Positions 37,171-49,100 of a stretch of DNA of 64,000 nt are shown here, piece after piece. The DNA is taken from positions 80,788,001 through 80,852,000 of the forward strand of contig NC_087437.1 in the NCBI RefSeq assembly GCF_036321535.1, written 5' to 3'. Each line of letters begins with the position of its first letter. The stretch's first letter is position 1. Below the pieces are notes generated by a model. The model searched no databases and had not been told where the DNA came from. It saw only the letters and a list, made by a program, of their open reading frames with translations. The position numbers and the translations under genes are program-made. Origin of the DNA: Camelus dromedarius (Eukaryota).

Positions 37171-40100
37171 GTATTTAAAAATCTACATTATTTTATCTTT
37201 CTTTATATCTGTAGTATATTCTCTCTAAAAATAACATTATTTGATATGACTGCTGTAAGAAATTTAATCAAATATTACTCTAGTAGTCTTTGATATTGCT
37301 TTGTTTAAACTTTTATAATTTCTCCTGTCGGTTCAATACCCAGTACCTCCATTAAAAAAATAATAATCTCTCCAGTAATTTTGGTTTTCTTCTTCATTAG
37401 TAATTCCTATTTCAGACCTTCCTTCCTCTTATTTCATATGTTGAAATTGTATGTATACTTGATTTCAATAAATAATAGTCTTGAAGTAAAGGAGTAGGAA
37501 TTAAATGGAGAAAAGATTAAATGCTTCAGTCCACCCCTCCTCAGGCACACATGTTTATAATTTGAGCATTGAGTTCAAAATCCAAACGTGGCACAGATGT
37601 CAGTTTTTCTTTGTTACCTTTCATACTGTATCTTCTTCTGTCATCAGAGGCTTTATTTATGCTTTCACTCTGTAGCGCAAACCTACTTATCTTTAGAAGA
37701 GATTCAAGAACCCAAGAGTGCAGTTTCTTTTCTCCTGACGGACTCAGAATCCACAGACTCTTCTTTACCTTCCGAAAAGAAACAACCTCTGGATCACAGG
37801 GAAACTGAGAGACAGTGGTTGCTCAGAAGAAGGCGATCTACTCTGTTTCCTAATGGTGTGAAAACGTGCCCAGAAGAAAGTGTTACTGAGGCTGTGGCAA
37901 ACCATGTGAAATATTTTAAAGTCCGAGGTAAGCAAACAACCAAACCCTTAGGCTCCATGGTGAAATTCAAACGTAGTTCTAACACAATTGTATCTCATTA
38001 TAATTCAAAATTTGTGATACTTTGGACAGAGACTGAGCCAAATATTATCTTTCTACCAGCCATGGAAAAAGGACTTGCTAAAAGTATGGTATTTATATAG
38101 CTTCAGAGGAAAATTTACATTATTTTAAGAGAGTAAATGGTTTATATCTTTGAAGCACTTCAAAAATACTAATTTATGATACTGGATAAATTAATTATAA
38201 TCTTAACTTCTACATTATGGTAATTTTCCTAAATATACCCACAAAATATGTTTAATGAGATATACTTACCTATTTGACTAGCTATTTTACATACATGAAA
38301 ATATGATCAGTTTCTATATTTTATAGTTTTTCCATTCTGTAAATTCATGCCGATTACTCTCAAGTTGGTGCACACAAAACTTCTTACATCTAAAATGGTG
38401 GCACTTCTCACAATAGACCCTGAAGCAATAGAACTAAGATTTTATTTTATTTCTAATTAAACAGTGTTATCCTTGATCTCGTACCTTTTTATTATGTTAA
38501 TTCATTCTCTTTTCCTTATATTTACTAACCAGAATTGCTTAATTGATCGTAATATGTCCCTTAAATGTTTGAAGGATTCCCAAACTTTGCTTTTTGCTGC
38601 TCAAGAGCCAATAAAAAGCCATAATATGGGCAGGGGGAGGTTATAGCTCAAGTGACAGAGTGTATGCTTAGCATGCACAAGGTCCAGGGTTCAATCCCCA
38701 GTACCTCCTCCAAAAATAAATAAACTTAAATATCTCCCCCTCCTGCCAAAATAAAAAATAATTAAATAATATACTAAGAAATAAAATATTTAAAAAATTA
38801 AAAAGCCATAATATGGATATGATACTAGTAAACTAAAGTTGATATAGATGATGAAATGATAGTGAAATCAGGCTTATTCATTCATGCATCTGTTCAACCA
38901 ATGTTATTAATCAGTTACCCTCAATCTGAGCTGCTACTCTGTCTTCTTTATTTTCCTCCAGCTTGTCCTTTCTGTCCTTCTCCCTCACCAAAGCAAGTGG
39001 TTTTAAAATAAAAAAATTAATGTGAGCTATTACATATATTTATATATTTGACTTTTAAAAGTGACACAATATATTAGAAGTGTATTTATATTTGGAGTGT
39101 ATTTATATCTCTTGGTTGTATTTTGGGGCTATCAAACTTACTAAGCAGTAAACTTTTCTTTTACTTTTTAAATGGAAACCCATTGACATGGCCTTTTATG
39201 TATAGAGCATATGCCAGAAGTGGCAAATTCCAAGGAGAGTGGGAAGAAAATAAAGGATCTGAAGAGGAATGAGAATGACAATTTGTAGTTTATCAAAATA
39301 CTTCTACTACATAGATTTTTACTTAATGTTACTTTAGAATAGGTTAGAATATCTAGATAGCTGCTGGCTAAATAATGAAGAGGAAATAACCAATCATTTA
39401 AGGAGTATGATTATGCCTTTTAATTGCTTTGCCCTTGTGTTTATAAATAAGTACCGCACGCTAACTGATTGTGCAACCGGAGCTCCCTTGTGTTTATAAA
39501 TTCAAGAGATACTATTGAAAAAGAAGCCAACAAAAAGAAAAATAAAGCATTCCTAGAGTAACTGACTTTAAAATACAGGTCCTATGAATGAGACTATTGG
39601 AAAGGGACCTCATAAAGCTAAAATGGTTGGCACAGCACATCAAGATTTTAACAATGTTGATTTAGCTATTACTGTTATGTTTAAAGAGTAAGTATTTTAT
39701 TTGTTATGTTTTTGAAAAGTGGGAAAAATGAATATTTCCACGTATGTCTTGATTTTGAAGAGAAATTGGCTTATGCCCTTAGAACCAACTGTCTGGAGAT
39801 TGGAGGGAGTCCAACCAAGGATCTTTGCTCTTTCCATCAACTTCATTCATTCATGGTTTGCCTAGTTTTTCCTTCATAGATAATTTGGTATCAGTTGCTA
39901 GTTAAAATAACAAATTTGAAAAATAGCTCCATTTAAGCAAGAAATAACTGCATTTAATTTAATGATTTGTAAAATTAAACATATTTAGGCTGCTTAGAGT
40001 AGGATGTAATTAATAGTATCTCTCCTTTAAAAGTATATTTGTAGTTGGACTTTTAAAATATAGCTTTATTAAGGTATACTTTGGTGGATTATAAACTGCA

Positions 40101-43100
40101 CATATTTAAAGTATATAATTTGATTAGTTTGACAAAGGTGTTTATCCTTGAAATTATTACTGCAGTTAAGATAGTGAAGTTACCATTTATCTCCATTTTC
40201 TCATGTGCCTTTGTAACCTTCCTTCCCTCAGCACTTCCCTTGACCCCAGTACCGAGGCGATGACTAATCTACTTTCTGTTACTATGTATTGTTTGCATTT
40301 TCTACACTTTTATATATGAATGTAATCATACTATGTGTTCTTTTTTGTCTGACTTCTCTTACTTGGTTTAATCATTCTGAGATCCATCCATTTTTTTGTG
40401 TGTCAATAGTTTGTATTCTTTATTATTGGGTATTATTTCATTTTATGGATATACTGCATTTTGGGATATTTGAGGTTTTCAGTTACTGGTGATTACAAAG
40501 AAAGCTGTCATGAACATTTGTGTACAAGTTTTTGTGTGAACGTATGGTTTAATTTCTGTTGGTTAATAGGAGTGGAATGGCTGGGTCACATGATAACCGT
40601 ATGTTTAACTTTTTAAGAAATTGCCAAATTGTTTTCCATTGTAGTTGTACCACCAGCAATATGTTGTGATTCCAGTTTCTCCACATCTATGCAATACTTG
40701 GTATAGTCAGTCTTTTTTAACTGTAACCATTCTAGTAGATATGAAATGATATCTTATTATGGTTTTAACTTGCATTTTCTTGATGGCTAATGATGTTGAG
40801 CACTTTTATGTGCTCATTTGCCATTTGTATATCTTTTTTGGTAGAGTCTATTCAAATATTTTACTCACTTAAAAAATAACTATTCATCTAATTATTGAGT
40901 TGTAAGTGTTCTTTACGTATTCCAAATACAAGTTCTTTGTCAGATATGTGTTTTGCATACATTTTCTTCCAATGTGTGGTTTATCTTTTTATTTTCTTAA
41001 CAATGTCTTTTGGGGAACAAAAGTTTTAAATTTTGATAAAGTCTAGTTTATTAGGGTTCTTTTCATCATGCTTGCTTTTGGTGTTGGGTCTAAATTTGCC
41101 TAGCTCAGAGTCACAAAGATTTTCTCCTGTTTTTTCCTATGGAAATTTTATAGTTTTTAGGTTTACATTCAGGTCTATAGTTACCTTAGTTAATTTTACT
41201 TCAGTTAATTTTTGCATATGGTGTATATGGATCTAAGTTAAATTTTTTTTTGCATATGCATAGCCAATTGTTCCAGCATCATTTATTAAAAAGATTATCT
41301 TTTTTTTTTTACCTTTGTACCTTTGTTGAAAATCAGTCTTCTGTATATGCTGGATCTATTTCTTCACACTTCATTTTCTTACACTGATCTATTTGTCTGT
41401 TTTATGCCAGTGCCATACTGTCTTGATTACTGTAAGCTTTATAATAAGTCTTTGAATTAGGTAGTGTGGGTAAGTCCTTCAACTTTGTTCTTCTGTTTTG
41501 AATTTGTTTGGTTATGCTAGGTTCTTTGTCTTCCATAGAAATATTGTAATCAGCTTTCCAATTTGTACAAACAAGGCTACTGGGATTTTGACTGGGATTG
41601 TGTTGAATCTATTGATCAATTTGGGAAGAATGATCATCTTAACAATATTGAGTCTTCTGATTTATGGATATGTATCTCCATTTATTTAGATCTTTGTCAG
41701 TTTCTCTCACCAGTGTTTTATAATTTTTAGTGTGTAGGTCTTACACATCTTTTTATCAGGTTTATTTCACTTTTTTCTTGTTATTGTTAGCAGTATTTTT
41801 TAAAATTTAGTTTCTGATTGTTCCTTGCTAGTATATAGACATAAAACTGATTTTTGTATATTGATCTTTTATTCTGTAACTTTGTTAACCTCACTTATTA
41901 GTTCTAGTAGCTTTTTCATATATTCCTTACGGTTTTCTACGTAGGTGATTACTTCATCTACAAATAAAGATATAGTTTTAATTCTTATCTTCCAACCTGT
42001 ATGTCTTTTATTTCTTTTTCTTGCCTTATTGCACCAAATTGACCTTGGGCTCCACAGTTCTGAAAGGAAACTATATTACCCTAAAAAAGTACTTTGCTTC
42101 ATTCTAGATTTCTATGTACTAGATAAAGATGCACAGCCTGAGCCCTAGTAACAGGATTAAAGACAGATTAAATGCTGGCATTTCCTTCTAAAGAATATTG
42201 TCATCACATTTACCTTTCCTCCACTGGTTTCCTTTGCCAGAAGAGAGGCATTTGTAGATTAGTTATCTTCTCAAAAATAGAAAGTTTTCTCCAGCAGTAA
42301 CTAAAGTACATGAAAATTATTTGGCAAGGATAGGACTTCTGAACAAACAGACCAGATAGTGAAGTATGTGACATTTGTCTGTTTCACCCGAAGGTGGAGT
42401 TTTGCCTTCCTTAGTACCTCTTCCCTTGGAATCATGCTGATTTTGCTCTTCTCTTTATTGCCTGCACTGTCCTATTTAGGTTTCCCCTCTCTGAACTGCA
42501 TGAGTGCTCCAGACTTCCCCCAGTTCTCTTCCTTTATCAGAATAAAAGTGTTCTGAATTCTATTATCCCACATTAGTTAATTGGACCTTCTTGTCAGATA
42601 GCTCTGAATTGGAAAACAATTACATAAATTAAGGATGTGTAGTGGACCCTGGAAAAACACAGGTTTGAGCTGTGAGGATCCACTTATACATGGATTTTTT
42701 TCAGTAAATATGTACTACAGTATTATATGATCCAGGGTTGGTTGAATCTATGGATGTAGATAGAATCTTGGATAAGGAGATTTGACTGTCAAGTTATATG
42801 TAAATTGACTGTGCGGAGGGTCAGTTCTCCTAACCCCTGCATTATTCAAAAGTCAACTATATTACTTCTCTGGTGGGAACTGCATTTTTTTACAGTTTCA
42901 TTGAGGTATAATTCACATACCTTACCATTAGCCCATTAAAGTATAGAATTCAATGGTTTTTTAATATATTCATAGAAACAAGCAACAGTCACCACACTTA
43001 ATTTAGGAACATTTCAGCAACTCAAAAATAAACCCCTCACCCTCTAGCTATCACTTTCTTGTCACTCTTCTTTCCCTACCCCTCTCCCCAGGCCTAAGCA

Positions 43101-46100
43101 ACCACTAATCTACTTTCTTTTTCTGTAGAATTACCTATTCTGGATATGTCATATAAATGAGATAATACAGTATGTGGTCTTTTGTGACTGGCTTCATTTA
43201 CTTGGCATAATGTTTTCAAGGGTCATCCAGTTTGTAGCATGTATCAGTAGTTTATTCTTTTTTATGGCCAAATAATAATATTCTGTTGTATGGATATACC
43301 ACATTTAGTTTATCCATTCACCAGCTGATGGGCATTTGAGTTGTTTTCATTTCTATTGGTTGTTTACCTAGGAGTAGAATTTCTGGGTCATACGTTTAAC
43401 CATATGAGGGACTGCCAGATTGTTTTCCAAAGTAGCTGCACCATTCCCACCAGCAGTGTATGAAAGTTCTGATTTCTCCACATTTTTGCCAGCATTATAA
43501 TTTTCTTAAAAAAATTACAACCATCCTAATAGCTGTGAAGTGGTATTTTGTGGTTTTGATTTGCATTTCTCTAATGACCAATAATGTTGAGCATCTTTTT
43601 ATACGGTTTTGGTTAAGAAACAAAGTAGATTAGTGGTTGCTTAGGCAATATGTATATGTGATTTTTTAATATATTGCTCATGTATCTTGCAACCTTGCTG
43701 AACTTGTTTATTAATTTTATTAGTTTATAAGTAGATTTCTTGGGAGGTTTTTTTAGGAGATGAGGACGCGTAGTTTAGAGGAGATAGCTTATGCTGTTCT
43801 TCTGTAAGTTCATGACAGAGGCCAAGAGAAGGCCTGCTGTGAAACCTGGTGTGATTTCTACACTTCTGTATACTCCAACTACATTTTCCACACACAAAGT
43901 TTTTCCAAGACTTTATGAAAAATTTGAAACATACAGAGTAGTTGAAAGAATAGTATAGTGAACACCATAGTCTTACTACCTGGTGCTACAATTAACATTT
44001 TATATTTGCTTTATCATATATCTGTCTATCCAACCATCCTATTTTTTAGTTATATTTTTATAAATTAAAGACATCAGTACATTTCCCCGTTAGACACTTG
44101 AACATGAAGATCATTAACTAGAGCTTTATATTTGTTTACTGTTTTAAAGGTGAAATTTACATAGAGTGAAATGCATAAATCTTAAGTGTACTATTTGGTG
44201 AGTTTTGACTAATGCACACACTTGTGTAACCCATATGTCTCTTAAATTTGGGTGAAGTACCACCCCAGAAAGTTCCCTTATTCCCCTTGCAAGACACTCC
44301 TCCCCTCTTACCCTCAACTATCAGGCAACCAGTCTTCTAATTTTTTTAAACCATAAGTTAGTTTCACCTATCTTGGATTTTATATAAATGGAATAGTATG
44401 AACTCTTTTATGTAAGGCTTCTTTCACTCAGCCTTTTGAGTTTCATTCATGTTGTTGCATGAATTAGTAATTTGTTCCTTTGATTCTATTATGTGGCCAT
44501 ATGTTTGCTTATATTCCTGTTGATGGATACCTGGGTTGTTTCCTTTTTTAAGTTACCCTGAATGAAGCTGCCCTAGCATTGAACGTAAGTCTTTCTGTGG
44601 ATATATGCTTACTTCTAGCTTGAGGGAGTACCTAGGAAGGGAATTGATGGGTCATAGGCTTGGTGTATATTTGGTTATATAAGAAAATACCAGTACTTTT
44701 CCCAAAGTGGTTGCCCTATTTTACATTCTTGCCAAAAATGAGGGTTGTGGTTGCTCCACATTCTTGCCAAAATTTGGTATTATCCATGTAAAAAAGTTTA
44801 GCCATTCTGGTTCATATGTGGATGGTTTAATTTGCATTTCTCTAAAGAATGAATGATAGCACGTCTTCACATACTCATTGACTATTTGTATCTCTTCCTT
44901 TGTAAAGTATCTGTTCCAGTCTTTTACATGTTTTAAAAATTAGATTGTTTGCCTTTTTGTTAGGGAGCTGTAGAAATTCTTTAAATATTCTAAATACCAG
45001 TTCTTTGTCAGAGATATGTAATTTAAATATTTTCTGTCAGAGATATGTCTTGCCTATTCATTTTTATTAATACTGTCATTGTTGAGCAGAAGTGTTTAGT
45101 TTTGATGAATTTTAATTTCAGTTTTTTTCTTTTACACTTGTTGCTTTCTGTATCCTGTCTATGAAATCTTTGCCTATCCTCAAGTTATGTAGATACTCTT
45201 AATGTGTTTTCTTTTAGGACCTTTGTAGTATTAGTTGTTATATTTCAAAGTAGTTTTTATGGATATGGTGAAGAAGTTATTGAAATTTATTATTCTTATA
45301 GATATATGGTTATTTGACCTCACAATATTTTTAGTGCTTTCTTTCAATCGCCTCATTTCATAACCAGACCTTATAGACATTTGCTTTTTGTTTTTTACCA
45401 ACCCAGACTTTCACATTTGCATTGTCCTCTAGTGTATACTAAACTTTTATTTGAAAGTTTTAAGGGGAATAAGGAAAGAAAGAAAGATTATACAAGTGGT
45501 CAACTCTGCCTCAGTTAGTGCCTGCTGAACTCTTCCGCTGCAGAAGATCAAAAGTTCTAAAGAGCAGTAGCAAGGATGCAGTTAGTTCACTGAAATAGAA
45601 ACAAAGTTTGCAACCAAGAGTTCAGTATAACCTGAAAAATCAATTGGTAGAGAAACTTTCAATATTCATTTATTTCACTCTCTGTTAAAGCTTAAGAGTT
45701 GTTTTTAGGCCGAGACCTACATCAGATAACCTTTGGACAACCAGAATCCAATACAATAATAACATGTGATATTTATGTAGCACTATGTAGTTTATAAAGT
45801 GCTTTCACAGATAAGGTAAGTAACGCAGTTATTATTCATCTCATTAAAAGAGAGAGATGAGTACATTGAAGTGTTGAGTGGCTAGGTAAAGTAAGTTAAC
45901 TGCAGTTACCAAGCTAGGACACAGTGAGGCTAGGGCTAGAATTTAGATCCTTCTCACTCTTTGAGTTCAGGGACTCCACCTCAATATGGTGCTGAATAAG
46001 CATTCAGTCTTCTTGAGATGAAAAATAATTTCCTTGATCTCTGTCCATTTAAATCCTTCTTTCTCCCTCACCACCTTCCTCCTCTTCTCTCCCATCCCAA

Positions 46101-49100
46101 TCTGTTACCCGCAGTGCCCTGCATCTGCCCACTTTAATGGTTACAGGATAGCAATATACTTAGTGTTCTACAAAACGTGCAGACAGCTTGTTTAATGTTC
46201 CTTTGGATTTGGTGCTTTGGAATAACTTAGCAAATAGATTATATTAGCTTTTATTTTAATACCGTAGTATATTTCTTCTGAATATCATTTTCTTTTTTCT
46301 TTTTCACTTTCTTTTTTTTAGTTCTCATATCTTTTTAAAAATTAATAGTTTTTTTTTTTTTTGGAGAAGTTTTAGGTTTACAGAAAAATAGAGCAGAAAA
46401 TCCTGAGAATTACATATACTGCCACTCTTCCATACACACGTTCCCCTCTTATTAACATCTTGTGTTAGTGTAGTATATTTGTTACAATTAATGAGCCAAT
46501 ATTGACACATTATTCTTAACTAGTGGTCATAATTTACAAAAATTCACTCATTGTGTTCTATGTTCTATGGGTTTTGACAAACATACAATGATATGTGCCC
46601 ACTATTAAACAGTTTCATACAGAATAGTTTCACTGCCCTAAAATCCATTGCTTTCCACCTCCTTTATCTTTCTCTCTCCCCAGCCCCTGGCAACCACTGA
46701 CCTTTTTATAATTTACATAGTTTTGCTTTTCCAGATGTCATATTGTTGGAACCAAAGAGTATGTGACTTTTTCAGATTGGCTTCTTTTGCTTAGCATTAT
46801 GCATTTAAATCTTCTCCATGTCCTTTCATGGCTTGAAACCTCATTTCTTTTTATCATTGAATAATAATTCCATCATATTGATGTACCTACCACAGGTTAG
46901 TTACTTACCTGTTGAAGTATACTCAATATCAGCTCTACTTTTGTAAACTGTAAGCATGGATTTTTTTTTTTAAGAGATGGGGAAAAAACCCCAGTCTATT
47001 AGGAGGTGAATCAGTTCCTTTTTGCAAGGAGAAGGAGTGGGGAGTACACATTCTCTTCAGCTCTGAAAACTTTAAGCAGGGCACACAGAAGGGCTTTGAC
47101 CGAGAGTCATTCCCATGCCTCTCCACAAGAGACGTTGTGGGCGGCCATGTCTTGGGAATGTGAATAAACAGTCCCGTGATCATTATGAGAACCCCAAAGT
47201 GCTTTCCATAAAAACACCTCTCTGTTTGTTTTTCAGTATGTCAGGAAGCTGTCTGGGAAGCCTTCAGGACTTTTTGGGATCGACTTCCTGCGCGTGAGGA
47301 GTATCATTACTGGATGAATTTGTGTGAGGGTGGAATCACAACTATATTTGAAATGGGCACACATTTTAGTCAGTCTGTGGAACATAGAAGCTTAATTATG
47401 AAGGTAAATGTAGTAACAAGGGAAGAAGTTGCTGGAATATCACAGGAGCATGTATACACAGCTCAGGCCTAAAGGAAGAAAGAACAAATGTCAAATCCCT
47501 GCATTACTCTTTTTTGTTGAATCAGGCTAGTCAAGTGGCCTGCCACAGGGCAGCCAGTCTTTGTGTGCCTAGCTCTGGCCATTATAATAAGCATTGCCAG
47601 ATTGGGAGTGTTGGCTTAACAGATGCACACTAACATATATAAAATAGATAAATATCAAGGTTTTACTGAATAGCACAGAGAACTATATTCAGTATCTTGG
47701 AATAAACTATAATGAAAAAAAATCAGAAAAAAGAATGTATATATATATGTAGAGGTATAGGTGTCACATATATGTATAACTGAATCACTTTGTTCTACAG
47801 TTGGAACTAATACAATGCTGTAAGTCAAATATACTTAAATTAAAAAAATGGGGAGTCAAAAAATAATAAGCATTGTTAACCCAAGAAGAGCCTCAGGCTC
47901 ATTTAAAAATGTACATATTTGGAAATAATACTCAGCAAAGATTTAGGCCAAGAATATAAATCTGTGGCAAACATTCTTGCCAGAGTTTTGCACATTATCA
48001 ATTCAGAGTGGTACCAATGACTCAAATTAAGATAGAGAATATAGGGTTTTGAATAAATGTTTGGTAAAGTATAAATATGATTCTAATTAATGAATTTGCT
48101 TCCTTTTTTTTCATTTAGTTTATTCTTAGCAAAGGATAAATAAGCATGCTTATAGACAAATTACTTGCCCACCCTCCCCTTTTCATGTAGCGTGCGTGTA
48201 TTTGTGACAAGAGCATGAAACTGTTTAGATACATGTAGTAGGTTGCTCATGCTGTGTGATAGGTCCCAGCATCCTTATTCCTTTTGTTCAAGTCCTGCAT
48301 GTCCTCATCTCAGATGTGACCTCCTTTGTGAGGAATCAACCCCTAGCCTAGAAGATTTAGCTCCCATAATTCTTTGAACTCCATAATTCTTTATTCTTTC
48401 TTTAATGTTGTACTTCTTACTTATTATTATTAGTTGTACATGTATATATGGGCCAATATACCAGAAGTGTAGACTAAAATTGACAGGAGATCAGGCTAGG
48501 AAGGTGAGTAACTGAACAAGTTTGGATTTAACTCTGTAGTTGATAGGAAACCATTGAAAGGTTGTAGATAGGTGAGTCACTGGGGCTGATTGGACAGTTT
48601 TGAATTGTGAAACAGTTATATGGTTTTTATACACCATATGATAGATTAGAGGGGACAAGACTGGAGTAGAGAGACCAGTCACTACTTCAGGCCTGAGGGG
48701 ATGAGGGTCCTAACTAGGCCATGAGATAGAGAAAGGGAGCAGGAGGGCTATAAGCAGGAAAAAAAATTAGTAGGACTCTGATGGTTTGGATGGGGGTGAG
48801 ATAGGAGGAAGCAATGGCCTGGGAAGGTTTCTAGCTAGATGACTATCGCCGAGAACTCAGGCAGAGAAGCAGCTCATATCTGCTGAGGGGCAGAATGAGT
48901 TTGCTTTTTAATGCATTGTTTTGAGCCATCTGTGAAGTGTGAATTGCTTGATATTTAGGTATGAAGCCAAGAAGAGCAGTCTGGGTTATAAATATAGCTA
49001 TAGGAATCACCAGCCTCGGGGTAGTAATTGAAATCATAAGAGTGGCTGAGATTATTCTAGGAAAGTCTGTGGAGTAAGAAGAGCAATGAGTTATTTATAA

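Noticed and set aside
37641..37675. Alternative upstream acceptor (CATCAG, 37647) for IMPG2 exon 2
   Set aside because: Would add 28 nt and shift the frame; no supporting evidence
37588..38100. 170-aa ORF as a standalone gene
   Set aside because: Only 37676-37927 is IMPG2 exon 2; the rest is chance open intron with a GTG start
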